A stretch of DNA of 64,000 nt from Alphaproteobacteria bacterium (GCA_964291215.2 OZ219790.1:1152001-1216000), one strand, 5' to 3'. Numbered from the stretch's first letter, positions 10,865 through 21,408 are shown. Notes: generated from the sequence alone by a model not told the origin. Translations and numbers: made by a program.

Positions 10865-12161
10865 CATCCATGTTTCCTGGCAAGGTTTTTGCGGGTGTCT
10901 GTGGTGATGTTTTCTGTGGTTGTCCACAAGCGGTGTGGGATTTGCTCTGCGAGCGAGGCGACATGAAGCTTGTGGTCCCGGCGGCGGGTTGCCATCCATT
11001 GGTCACGTGAACGCGGCTACCTTGCCATCCCCGGGCACGTGACCGGCCGGGTTCCAGGTGTCCCAAGGCGGTTCGATCTCCTCGATGTCGGCCTCGACGA
11101 TGATCTGCAGACATTCTCCCCAAGTCGTGTCGTAGAGGGAGACTATCGAGACAGTCCCGATCGCGCTCTCGGCAGGGCCGTGTCTCCTTCGCTCACTCAC
11201 CGGTGCTTCAGGCAACGCTGCTGTCGCAGCAAGGTGTTCGCCAGAGCTTGCGCATCACGGCGACAATCGCGACCTTGCTTGCCGGCAGTCTTGAGGCGCA
11301 CCAGGTCCGCGTTGAAGCGTGCCGGCTGCGGCCATGAACAGGAGATCGCGTGGCCTTCGGCGCCGGCCACGGATGTGCCGAGCACCGTGGTCGTTGGCGC
11401 CACCCCGATCAAGGCTGCCGACGCTGCCGAGTTCGGGCATCCAGAAGGGCCGCGGCGGTCACCGGATCGAGGTCAGAATGGTGTACCTCTGCTCGGGATC
11501 ACCGGCGATCACCGCTTTGATCGCCGCGCCGGCGGTCATCGAGATCGGCCGCCGAGGCCCTTGTGACGGTCTCGCCATCCACCTCATCTGCCACGCGTCG
11601 ACAAGCGCGGCACCAGGAGATCCTCCAGGCTCTTGAGGAAGGCGGAGCCACAGGCTCACCGTGCCGATCCTGGCGTCGACGCGGTTGGCCCATCGCCTCG
11701 GCGAAGCGCCCGCAACGGGTTGACGAGAATAACCTCGAAGCCCCGGTCATGAAGACACTGGTGAACCTTGCGGTGATAGCGGCCTGTCGCCCACCACCCG
11801 GCTCACCCCGAGGCCGCGAAGCCACCTGCCCGTGGCGTCGTTCGCAAAACAATGCGCCAGATGTCCAGACTGGCTGACCCCTGCTACTACCTTGACCATC
11901 GCTCCTCGCCTTGTGATAATACGGGTTCAAACCCAGGCATCTAGCGAGGGATGTCAAGGGAGGTTGCCAAACTCGGACGCGGCTCTGTCAAGGTCAAAAC
12001 GGCAACCTCCGCGGAGATCGTTTGATCCCCTGTGCGTGTTCGCTCAGGGGAGCGGAATCTCTCTGCAACCATGAACCGGACGCTCTCCCACAGATCCACA
12101 TTTTCCCGCCCCCAACTGCTGTGGATGATTTCATCATCAAGGGGACAAAACCTGGTCATAT
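10865..12161 (-). mobile_element. IS110-family element, copy 1 (decayed)
   Basis: Diverged duplicate of 15696-17091. Recombinase remnants (E)ATGRYHRKVHQCLHDRGFEV.LVNP and IGVAP...HIRG.R. Inserted in the ISAs1 transposase at an AG/CT core (10863-10864). Confidence 0.88.
11900..12075 (-). ncRNA. Putative IS110 bridge RNA, copy 1 (damaged by deletions)
   Basis: Non-coding region upstream of the recombinase. Stem GGAGGTTGCC (11959-11968) / GGCAACCTCC (12001-12010) encloses guide ctcggacg (11972-11979). Confidence 0.6.
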
Positions 12162-13330
12162 GGCGTGTTCGGTTTTCTTGAATTCGACGCGCCGGGTGAC
12201 GCGGAAGATCTGCTTGACTAGTTGATCATCTTTGCCAGCCGGGTGAAGATGGTGCGCTGGCGGCCATGCGCGGGCTTTTCGTTGTAGCGCTGGCGGTCTT
12301 CCAGTTGATGCTCTCTCGAAGGTGCGTTGCCCTTGACCATCAGTCCGCGCGATGGGTCTCGATGATCAGCCTCGCGGGTGGTGTGGAGCGCGTCGAGGGT
12401 GAGCAGACGGCCAGCGCCGTCGCGGCATGGACGGCAGCGATCTCCCCGTCGTGATAGTTGAGGATCGAATACCGGCCAGCGAGACCGTCTCGTAATGATC
12501 CTCGCCGGTGCGCTTGCCGTCGACCGCGTTGCCGACCTGCGGCTGCGCGCCGCATCCTCGATCCATCCCGGGTCGGTGTTCTGCAGCACCCGGTGCACGG
12601 TGGAGACCGGCTTGTCCCTGTTCTTCCATGCTGCTCCAGCTCCTTCTGCGTCGTAGTGCGCCACCGCGCCGGTTCGCAAGCCAGCAAAATCACGCACAGC
12701 ACCGAGGCGATGCCCCTGCGCGCGCCGGAAAGCGCCGCTGATAAATCGAGCGCAACTCCTGCGCCGACCAGCGGCGCCCGCAACTCCCACGCCGCAGGAA
12801 GCGGCGAACGATCCCGCGTCACGACGCAGAGGAAACACGTAAGGATCCTTCGCCTCCCCGGTCGGCGCCCGCTGGCGCGCGCATGGCTCCTGCCAACGCA
12901 CTCCCGGTTCGCCGCCTTGTACATGGTGCCGCTGAACTTCGTCGGCGAGACAAACTTCTCCGCAACAAGCAACGGCAGCCTCCCGGTCGCCGCCGCACCA
13001 TCCGCGACAACGCAAACGAGGCCCGGAAACGACCACCAGGAACAACAAACCTCGTGTTGTTCCTGGTGGTCGCCTGAACTGTTCTTCGCGGCGCCAGCCA
13101 ATCCAACGGTCCCGCGCAGCCGAGGGCGCCCGTCTGCCAGCCCGCAGCGCCAATCCACCGCCCGCGCCAGGTGAACACGCAGACCTCGACCGGCAAACTG
13201 CTTGAAACCAGGATACCGTCAACCGCACGACTCCAGCGACATCAGGCCGCGCAAGGCGCACAACCACATCCCGGAGCGCAAAACCCTCCAGAGTCGTCTC
13301 AAAAAAAATCCGCTGCCTCTTCCATCACAA

Positions 13331-13365
13331 CCCCACTTCCAGTCTGAAGTGCAACATCCGGCCCT
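13331..13365. repeat. IS30-like MITE end, copy A
   Basis: ccccacttccagtctgaagtgcaacatccggccct; its reverse complement is at 59606-59640. Confidence 0.7.
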
Positions 13366-13502
13366 TCCAACAAACCTGGCGTGGGATCGCCGTGCCGGCT
13401 ATCGCAACCGGCGATGACAACATTCCCAAAATCTGGAATACTGGCAAGGTCCGCTGCAGCCGGGCTGCGGCTGCACGAACACCATCCGGGGACCAGACCG
13501 CG

Positions 13503-13829
13503 ATGATCGATACGGTGGCAGCAAGGAAGCGACTGGAGGCACGCCTGCAGGCGTTGACCTCCAAACTGACGGAAATCGACGAGGATCTGAAGGAGCACGG
13601 AGCCGAGGCCGACTTCGAGGAACGGGCCACGGAAATTGCCGGCGACGAAGTCCTCGAAGGGCTCGGCCTGCAGGGTCAGCGAGAAGCCACGCAGATCAAG
13701 GCTGCCCTCCAGCGGATCGACGACGGCACATACGGGATCTGCGTGCAATGCGGCGAGGAAATCCCGGAAAAGCGCCTCGAGCTCCTGCCTCACACCCCGC
13801 TCTGCACCGATTGCATGGCCGACGGTTAG
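13503..13829 (+). CDS. TraR/DksA C4-type zinc-finger protein
   Basis: ALQRIDDGTYGICVQCGEEIPEKRLELLPHTPLCTDC. Confidence 0.9.
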   Translation: MIDTVAARKRLEARLQALTSKLTEIDEDLKEHGAEADFEERATEIAGDEVLEGLGLQGQREATQIKAALQRIDDGTYGICVQCGEEIPEKRLELLPHTPLCTDCMADG

Positions 13830-13879
13830 AGCGCGTCCAGCTGCGATGTCCCTCCAGCCGCGCCGCCAAGCGGGCGGCG

Positions 13880-15130
13880 TCACCCCTTCTCGCCCCCGCT
13901 CTTGCGGACCTGCGCATGGACGAAGCCGCTCTCGAGCAGGCGCGTGGCGGCTTCTTCGTCCAGCTCGAGCACATCACGCAGGATTTCGGCCGTGTCGGCG
14001 CCAAGCGCGGGCGGATAGCTGTGCCGGTCGACGCCGGACCGCGACATCTTGACCGGATTCCCCGCAACCCTGACCGCCCGGCCAGCACCGTCGTCAAGGT
14101 CCAGAACCATGTCGCGTCCCGTGATCTGGGGGTTGGAGAGCGCCTTTTCCAGCGTGTTGACCTCACCGACCGGGATGCCGGCTTCAAGGAGCCGCGGCAC
14201 CCAGTGATCCGCCTCGTGTCCGGCAAACGCCTCCTCAAGGAGCTGCCACAAGAGGTCACGATTGACGTAACGGTCCTCGTTGCGCACAAAGCGCGGGTCC
14301 TCCTTTAGCCGCTCAAGCCCGAGCACATCGCAGAGTCCCTGCCACATTCGCTCGGTGTTGGCCGTGATCACGAGGGACGTTCCGTTGGCGCAATCGAAGC
14401 CGCGATAGGTCGGGATCGAATCGTGGCCCGACCCCTGCCGGCCCGGGTTCTTGCCCGAATGCAGATAATAGGCGGCCTGGTAACACAACATCGAGACCTG
14501 GCAGTCCAGCATCGAGACGTCAATGTACTGGCCCTTGCCGGAACGGCGTCGCTCTTCCAGCGCGGCAAGAGCGCCGATGACCGAAAACATGCCGGCAGAC
14601 AGGTCTCCGATCGGGATACCGGACCGGACCGCCGAACGACCGGCTTCTCCGGTCATGCCCATGCCTCCCGAGACCGCCTGCACGATCATGTCATAGGCCG
14701 GGCGGTTGCGATCGGGTCCGGTCTGGCCAAAACCGCTGATCGAAGCCCAGATGAGCCCGGGATTGCGGTGCGACAGATCGTCATAGGCGAGCCCCAGACG
14801 GTCAAGAACGCCGGGGCGGAAGTTTTCGAACAGGAAATCCGACCTGTCGGCCAGTTTCTTGACCAGATCGAGGCCCTCGGTCGTCTTCATATCCACAACG
14901 ATGCTTTTCTTGTTGCGATTGACCGACAGGTAATAGCAGCTGTCGTCGCCGACGAAGTTCGGCGGCAGGGCCCGCGACCAGTCGCCGGCCGGCGCCTCGA
15001 CCTTAAGCACCTCGGCCCCGAGATCGGCGAGGACCATCGTGGCGTACGGCCCGGCAAGAAACTGGGTCAGATCCAGTACCCGCAAGCCACCAAGCGGCCC
15101 GCCGCTCCTGTCTCGTTGTCCGTCCGGCAT
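13880..15130 (-). CDS. Family III CoA-transferase (CaiB/BaiF)
   Basis: LRVLDLTQFLAGPY, LADLGAEVLKVE, NRNKKS, ENFRPG, AYD. Confidence 0.93.
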   Translation of the reverse strand: MPDGQRDRSGGPLGGLRVLDLTQFLAGPYATMVLADLGAEVLKVEAPAGDWSRALPPNFVGDDSCYYLSVNRNKKSIVVDMKTTEGLDLVKKLADRSDFLFENFRPGVLDRLGLAYDDLSHRNPGLIWASISGFGQTGPDRNRPAYDMIVQAVSGGMGMTGEAGRSAVRSGIPIGDLSAGMFSVIGALAALEERRRSGKGQYIDVSMLDCQVSMLCYQAAYYLHSGKNPGRQGSGHDSIPTYRGFDCANGTSLVITANTERMWQGLCDVLGLERLKEDPRFVRNEDRYVNRDLLWQLLEEAFAGHEADHWVPRLLEAGIPVGEVNTLEKALSNPQITGRDMVLDLDDGAGRAVRVAGNPVKMSRSGVDRHSYPPALGADTAEILRDVLELDEEAATRLLESGFVHAQVRKSGGEKG

Positions 15131-15695
15131 CTGCTGAAACTCCGGCCCAAGGGCGATCGCAAAATCCGATCCGAGCGGCCCGCAAACGGAACACAAGGAC
15201 AACGCGCCGCAGCCACAACCTCGGGCAGGCCCGTTCGCGGCAGTTCTACTTCAGTTGCCAGGCGCCCGCAATTTGCCGGCGTCCACCCCAACCGCCGCGC
15301 CTCGATCAGGAGTCCGCAAAGATGCAGGATGCCGACGGGCGATACGTCCTGCAGCGCCCTTCGGACCGACGCGAAATTCGCGGCCAGTCGGTTCGTGGGG
15401 CGATCCTGGATCCCGAACCGGCAAGGGGATGTCGCAACCGTGGCGGACAGGCTGCCGGTTTCGATTCGTCCGCACATAGCGGTGGTGCCGGGAAGGGCCT
15501 GACATGACTGCACATCCGGTTCCGACGATCGACATCGCCCCCTTCGTCCGTGGCAGCGAAGACGGGCGGGACAGTGTTGCGCGGGCCGTGGACCAGGCCT
15601 GCACCGGATTCTTCGCGATCACCGGCCACGGCGTGTGCGATGAACTGGTCGCGCAGCTGCGAGGATCTGCGGTCGATTTCTTTGCCCTTCCCGAG

Positions 15696-17091
15696 CATCC
15701 ATGTTTCCTGGCAAGGTTTTTGCGGGTGTCTGCGGTGATGTTTTCTGTGGTTGTCCACAAGCGGTGTGGGATTTGCCCTGCGAGCGAGGCGACATGAAGC
15801 TTGTGGTCCCGGCGGCGGGTTGCCGTCCATTGGTCACGTGAACGCGGCTACCTTGCCGCCCCCGGGCACGTGACCGTCCGGGTTCCAGGTGTCCCAAGGC
15901 GGTTCGATCTCCTCGATGTCGGCCTCGACGATGATCTGCAGACATTCTCCCCAAGTCGTGTCGTAGTAGGGAGACTGTCGATACAGTCCCGATCGCGCTC
16001 TCGGCAGGGGTGAGGGCCGTGTCTCCTTCGCTCACTCACCGGTGCTTCGGTCGACCAGCAACGCTGCTGTCGCAGCAAGGTGTTCGCCAGAGCTTGCGCA
16101 TCACGGCGACAATGGCGACTTTGTGGGCCTTGCCGGCGGTCTTGTGGCGTTCGAACACCAGATCCGCGTTGAAGCGTGCTGCCGAGGTCGCGGCCAGGAG
16201 ATCACGTGGCCTCCGGCGCCCGCCTCGGATATGCCGAGCACCGTGGCCACTGTCGTTGGCCATCGGCGCCACCCCGATCAAGGCTGCCGACGCTGCCGAG
16301 TTCGGGCATCCAACAAAGAAGGGCTGCGGCGGTCACTGGACCGGGGATCGAGGTCAGGGTACCTCTGCTCGGGATCACCGGCGATCACCGCTTTGATCGC
16401 CGCACCGGCAATCATCGAGATCGGCCGCCGAAGCCCTTGTGACGGTCTCGCCATCCACCTCATCTGCCACCTACCTCAACTTGGTCCGCACGTCGACAAG
16501 CGCGGCGCCAGGAGATCCCCCAGGCAACTGAGGAAGGCTTCCTGAGGAGCCACAGGCTCGAGATCGCACCGTGCCGATCTTGGCGTCAACGCGGTTGGCC
16601 CAAAGCCTCGGCGAAGCCCTCAACGGGCAGGACAACCTCGAAGCCCCGGTCATGAAGACACTGGTGAACCTTGCGGTGATAGCGGCCTGTCGCCCACCAC
16701 ACGGGTTACCTCGAGGCTGCGAAGCCACGTGCCCGTGGCGTCGTTCGTAAAACGACGCCCCAGATGTCCAGACTGGCTGACCCCTGCTACTACCTTAACA
16801 ATCGTCCCTTGTTCCTCGCCTTATGATGATACGGTTCAAACCCAAGCATCCATTCAGGACGCAAGGGACGCCAAAGGAGGTTGCCACGCTCGGGAACGGC
16901 TCTATAAAGCCAAGGACGGAACGGCAACCTCCGCGGAGATCGTTTGATCCCCGCTCCCCTGTACGTTCTCACACAGGGGAGCGGAATCTCTTTGCAACCA
17001 TAGCTCTCCCATAGTCGAGGTTATCCACATTTTCCCGCCCCCAACTGCTGTGGATGATTTCATCATCAAGGGGACAAAACCTAGTCATATA
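15696..17091 (-). mobile_element. IS110-family element, copy 2 (decayed)
   Basis: Core AG duplicated at 15694-15695 and 17092-17093. Removing the element restores ccc gag gac gac aag (PEDDK). Recombinase remnants about 16030-16810 (ASLIGVAPMANDSG, GKAHKVAIVAVMRKL). Confidence 0.9.
16810..17000 (-). ncRNA. Putative IS110 bridge RNA, copy 2
   Basis: 5' hairpin about 16951-16985; target-binding loop 16876-16932; donor-binding loop about 16813-16868. Four guide segments match the flanks and element ends (see findings). Confidence 0.75.
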
Positions 17092-17938
17092 AGGACGACA
17101 AGCGCACGGTCGAGCGCCCCGAAGACCGCATCAGCCGCGGCTGGAACGCGATCGGCGACCGGGCGCTGGCCTACTCGCTCGGCAACGAAACACCGCCGGA
17201 TCTCCAGGAGAGCTTCGCGACCGGCCTGTCGAGATGCCCGACGCACTCTACTTCACCTGCGGACGGGCGAGAGCCTTCTTCGCCCCCAACCTGTGGTCAC
17301 CGGCGGCGCCCGAACTCCGTAAAATCATGGAACGCTACTACCGCGTGATGAAGGGGCTTTCGCACACGGTCGTGGAGGTCTTCGCCCGCGCGCTCGGCAA
17401 GCCCGACGATTTTTTCGACGACAAGATCGACCGTCATTCGTCGAGCCTGCGGCTGATCCGGTATCCCGGCCGCATCACAGGCGCTGCGGAAAGGCAGCGC
17501 CGGCGAGCACCATGATTACGGCGCGCTCACCATTCTGCATGGCAGCAACCTGCCCGGCGGACTGCAGGTCAAGCTGCGCCACGGCGGATGGATCGATGTC
17601 GTCCGCCCCGAAGGCAGTTTCATCTGCAATATCGGCGACGCGATGATGCGCCGGACCAACGACCGCCGGGTTTCGACGCTTCACCGCGTCGGGCCGCCCG
17701 AGACCGGAGACGACAGCCCCGACCGGATCTCGATCGTGTATTTCCACAATCCCAACTACGATGCCGGGATCCGCTGCCTCACGGCTCGCCGGCGAGATAT
17801 CCGCCGTCGGACTTCGACGCCTTTTTCATCGACAAGCTGATGCGCGGTTCATGCAGACGGGCCGCCGCGCGAAACGGGCGACTGCTGAGACGTTCTCGGC
17901 AGCAGCCCGTGACCGCACCGCCGTGGGCCGCCACGAAC

Positions 17939-18901
17939 TCAACCCGAACCGAAATGCGCGTTCAGGCTTCTCCGCAGGCGCCCCGGATTCAGTCCGCGCC
18001 TCGCGGCGACGCCAGCCAACTCCTCAAAGGCGCCACCAGGATCCGCAGCCTTGTGCAGGCGCTTGTACGCGTCTTCGCGACGGGCAAGGCCAAGCGCTTT
18101 GGCGACGAGCTCGGTATAGTGAATCACCTCCACGCCGCTGCTCTTCTCCTGCGGAGACAGGTTGCGGTAGCATGAGTGGTAAAGTGCGGCAACGGCGTCC
18201 ACCCTGCACCGCTTGGCCTCCTCGAACAGTCCGCTCACCAGCCGGGCATGTTTCTCCTTTCCGACAAGGCCGATCTGCAGATTGCCGCAATCGTGTCCCC
18301 ATTCGGGCCCCGCGGAGCCGTCGATTACCTCGAGCCCGCGGACCGCGGCGAGAATGGCGCGGGCGAAACGGGAATCGCGGCGCGCCTGTTCATTGTCCCC
18401 ATGGGTATGGAGCATCACCCTCCGCTCCACATGATTGCGGAATTCGAGCCGGTCCAGGTTTTGGACAATGAACTCCGTGACATGCAGATAGGGCACATCG
18501 AGGGAAATACCGGTCTCGGCGAAGGTGTGATCCATGTGCGCGTGGCATGACGGGCAGTAGGTCAGCACCGCCTTCGGGGCATAGCCCTCGAACTTGCTGA
18601 GCGTCTGCCGGGTGATGGTCTCCGACAACTCGACATCGCCGTGGGCGCTGTGAATGATCCCGCAACAGGTGGACGGCCCGCCAAGGGCAACGAAGTCGAT
18701 GCCCATTTCGCTCAGGATCGCGGTGATGGTTTCGGCAAGCGCGACGGTCCTCAGGACGTTGCAACCGAGATAGAGGACATAGTCGTGCGCCGCCCTGTTC
18801 TTCTCGGTGCCTGCGCCCCAGCACCGCGTCTCGTCGCCCCGGGTGGCGTCCGCGAGCGGCTCAATGGGACCAAAATAGCTGGCGTAATCGAATTTCGGCA
18901 T
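17939..18901 (-). CDS. Cysteine-rich CCG-domain Fe-S protein (HdrB/GlpC-like)
   Basis: YLGCN, TCCG, YCPSC, second degenerate DCG and YHSC. Probable start MPKFDY at 18901. Confidence 0.75.
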   Translation of the reverse strand: MPKFDYASYFGPIEPLADATRGDETRCWGAGTEKNRAAHDYVLYLGCNVLRTVALAETITAILSEMGIDFVALGGPSTCCGIIHSAHGDVELSETITRQTLSKFEGYAPKAVLTYCPSCHAHMDHTFAETGISLDVPYLHVTEFIVQNLDRLEFRNHVERRVMLHTHGDNEQARRDSRFARAILAAVRGLEVIDGSAGPEWGHDCGNLQIGLVGKEKHARLVSGLFEEAKRCRVDAVAALYHSCYRNLSPQEKSSGVEVIHYTELVAKALGLARREDAYKRLHKAADPGGAFEELAGVAARRGLNPGRLRRSLNAHFGSG

Positions 18902-19176
18902 TGTCAGGCATCTGTTCCGCGCATGGCAGTATAACGAGTTGCCGCTGCGGCCGCATTCGTGGCCGGCCGGAATGCCGATACCTTGACCGATGGGAATCAG
19001 CCGCCGGTGCCGGAAGGGGTGCATGACCGCATCCAACCCGGGCCTCCCGGTTGCAAGCTTCCGCCGGACCATCCGGGACTGCGGCGACGGGCCCGAACGC
19101 GTGATCGCCACAGCGCAGCCTCCGGTGGCCGGACGAAGGTCCGTGATGAAACGGCTGTTGCGCGGCTGCGTCCCGC

Positions 19177-19659
19177 TCAGAGGATGAAACTCACGGAGCC
19201 GAGAGATCCGAGCTCCTCCGAATCGAGGATTGCTCGCCGTTCTGCGATCCGGAGTTCGTCTCCGTCCGCTGCCAGGCGGTGCAGGTAGCGGCCGACATAC
19301 ACGCCGCCGCGGCCACCCCTCCGGAACCTGTGCACAGAGAAATTCGAGGCGACAAGCGCCTCCTTGTCGTCACCCTCCACGATCCTGACGTTGGTAATCA
19401 GCCGGCGGGTGCGCGACGGCGGGAACTCGGCATGGGCATCCCGGCTCTGCAGCCGCTTGACGCGTCCGCGAAGCCTCTGCATGTCATCGGCGATGATGAA
19501 CAGCGTCGTGTCGGGATCACTGTCGGGCGCCTCGTTGGGCGGCACCAGGTAGCGGCCATCATCGGTCAGCAGGGCGAGCCACGCATCGAGTTCCCAAGCA
19601 TCGAGTAGGGCGGCTTCGCGATACAGGAACTCCTCCGCCCGTTCCCGCGTCAGCGCCAC
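19177..19659 (-). CDS. Aromatic ring-hydroxylating dioxygenase beta subunit
   Basis: EEFLYREAALLD...WL, PPSRTRRLITNV. Confidence 0.92.
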   Translation of the reverse strand: MALTRERAEEFLYREAALLDAWELDAWLALLTDDGRYLVPPNEAPDSDPDTTLFIIADDMQRLRGRVKRLQSRDAHAEFPPSRTRRLITNVRIVEGDDKEALVASNFSVHRFRRGGRGGVYVGRYLHRLAADGDELRIAERRAILDSEELGSLGSVSFIL

Positions 19660-19664
19660 GGCCG

Positions 19665-20963
19665 CTACCCCGCGTCCGGCCGCGCTGCGGCGTCTTCGGC
19701 CATCAGTGCGTTCCAGCGCCGCCAGAACGTGCGAAGATGCAACTCGTCCGAGTTAAGCTGTTCGCCCTCCTTCGAGATGCCGCGTGTCATGACGGACCAC
19801 GGCACCTCGTCGACCGTCGCGCCGACGCCCTCCTGGACCTGTTCCAGCGCTTCAACATCGTCGGGCGTTGCAAGGCCGCCCGGGCCGTAGAAGGTGAGAA
19901 AAGAATCGAGCCGCACCTTCCGCATCACCGGGCTTTCCTCTACCGGTCCGATCGCCCAGGCGGTGACCTCCATGCGGTCGGCGGCTGCCGGCCAGAAGGT
20001 GCGGATGGTTACCGAGGAGCCGTCATTGACCATGAGATTGGGAAACACCAGAAGGTTGCGGTTGGTGTTGGCGACACGTTCGGCCCGCTCCGGTCCGAGG
20101 CGCGCTACGAGTTCCGCCTTGGCCGCGGCGATGGCAGGTTTTGCCTCGTCTCCATAGACCGGTATCCAGGAGGCAACCGGGCGGCCCCGGAAATTGAGAT
20201 TGTCGATGACGGCGTGGCCGTTGCCGAGATTCTTGCCGACACCTCTTTTCGGCAGCAGCAGGCCCTTGGGAACCGTCACGTCGACGCCGCTGTCCTTCAT
20301 GTATTCGAGCCAGGTCGCATGAGTGGAATGAAGGTGGTAGTCGTCGAACGAATTCTCGACCAGAAGTTTCCAGTTGGCGCGAATGTCGTACTCCTGGACG
20401 CCGCTCACGACCGTCAGGCTGCCCGACGCCGACTGCTCGACGACGAGATCGATATAGTCCCGTGCGCCGGCCAGATAGGCGTGAAGCTCGCAGATCGCCT
20501 TGTCGAAACTCGCGAACCAGAACCCGCGATAAGAATCGAGGCGCGGTGGCGCCATGAGGCCGAGCGACGTTCGGTCGAACGTATCGGGATAGGCATCGGC
20601 TCCGGGGACCGCGGCAAGACTTCCGTCATTGGCATATGACCAGCCATGGTAGAAGCAGTAGAAGCGGCTGCTGTTACCGCGCCGCTCGCGGCAGACGCGA
20701 GCGCCACGGTGCCGGCAGGTATTCAGGAACAGTCTCACCGAGCCGGTCGAATCGCGGCAGAAGATAACCGGTCGACCGGCCACCTTGCGGGTTACGAAAT
20801 CGCCGGGATCCGGAATTTCCGACTCGTGTCCAACATAGATCCAGCTCCGGTCGAACACCTGTTTCCGTTCCGCCTCGAGAATCGTGGGCTCGACCAGCAC
20901 GCGGCGATTCAGCCGGAAATCACGGCCTGCGGCATCGTCGACGATGAAGGCGCCGCGCGTCAT
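19665..20963 (-). CDS. Rieske ring-hydroxylating dioxygenase alpha subunit (p-cumate-like)
   Basis: Rieske CRHRG...CFYHGW; mononuclear Fe site ENSFDDYHLHSTH and DD. Confidence 0.93.
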   Translation of the reverse strand: MTRGAFIVDDAAGRDFRLNRRVLVEPTILEAERKQVFDRSWIYVGHESEIPDPGDFVTRKVAGRPVIFCRDSTGSVRLFLNTCRHRGARVCRERRGNSSRFYCFYHGWSYANDGSLAAVPGADAYPDTFDRTSLGLMAPPRLDSYRGFWFASFDKAICELHAYLAGARDYIDLVVEQSASGSLTVVSGVQEYDIRANWKLLVENSFDDYHLHSTHATWLEYMKDSGVDVTVPKGLLLPKRGVGKNLGNGHAVIDNLNFRGRPVASWIPVYGDEAKPAIAAAKAELVARLGPERAERVANTNRNLLVFPNLMVNDGSSVTIRTFWPAAADRMEVTAWAIGPVEESPVMRKVRLDSFLTFYGPGGLATPDDVEALEQVQEGVGATVDEVPWSVMTRGISKEGEQLNSDELHLRTFWRRWNALMAEDAAARPDAG

Positions 20964-20970
20964 CGACGAA

Positions 20971-21408
20971 TCAGTCTCCCGGTTCCGAATCCGGCACGCC
21001 GCCGGCGTCTCCTCGGCCGTCGGGGACGACCGCGGTCGTTTCTATTTCGAGCCGGGCCCGGTCCTCCATCAGCGCCACTACCTGGACCGCCGCCATCGCC
21101 GGAAAGTTCCGGCCCATGACCTCGCGCCAGGCAGCACCGATCTCCGGCAAGCGGGCGAGATACTCCTGCTTGTCGACGAAGTACATCGTCATGCGGCAAA
21201 CATGTTCCGGACCGGCACCGCCTTCGTGCAGCACCGCGACCGTGTTGCTCAGAGCGCAACGGAACTGATCGACAAAATCGTCGGTCTCGAACTTCTCCTC
21301 GGCGTTCCAGCCAACCATGCCGGCCACGAACACGAACCGGCCGCACGCCGCAATTCCGTTCGAGTAACCCTTCGGCCTCTTCCAGCCGGGCGGATTGAGA
21401 ATCTGCAT
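20971..21408 (-). CDS. RidA/YjgF family protein (abm-cluster type)
   Basis: MQILNPPGWKRPKGYSNGI, FPAM, LEIETTAVVP. Confidence 0.9.
   Translation of the reverse strand: MQILNPPGWKRPKGYSNGIAACGRFVFVAGMVGWNAEEKFETDDFVDQFRCALSNTVAVLHEGGAGPEHVCRMTMYFVDKQEYLARLPEIGAAWREVMGRNFPAMAAVQVVALMEDRARLEIETTAVVPDGRGDAGGVPDSEPGD

Larger units (their letters stand above)
10422..13394 (-). mobile_element. Decayed ISAs1-family element with N-terminal DUF4338-like domain, interrupted by IS110
   Basis: Imperfect TIRs caaggtgatcccatgc (10422) and gcgtgggatcgccgtg (ends 13394). 10-bp TSD CCGGCTATCG at 10412-10421 and 13395-13404. Remnant peptides RDRWIGW, NNTRF, TLDALHT, VKGN, HGR, RGH.VVES.H..TFREDD. Confidence 0.85.
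15504..17870 (+). pseudogene. 2OG-Fe(II) oxygenase (IPNS-like), split by IS110 copy 2 and frameshifted
   Basis: MTAHPVPTIDI...GFFAITGHGV...FFALPE, resuming after the insertion as DDKRTVERP...; later H-DYGALTIL, NIGD, NDR-VSTLHRV, RISIVYF. Confidence 0.85.

Noticed and set aside
16012-17001. A shorter IS110 inserted in a separate 400-bp host element
   Set aside because: The donor guides, duplicated AG core and junction promoter all point to the outer ends 15696/17091.
18902-19176. N-terminal extension or remnant of a second Fe-S gene
   Set aside because: No cysteine cluster motif; treated as intergenic.
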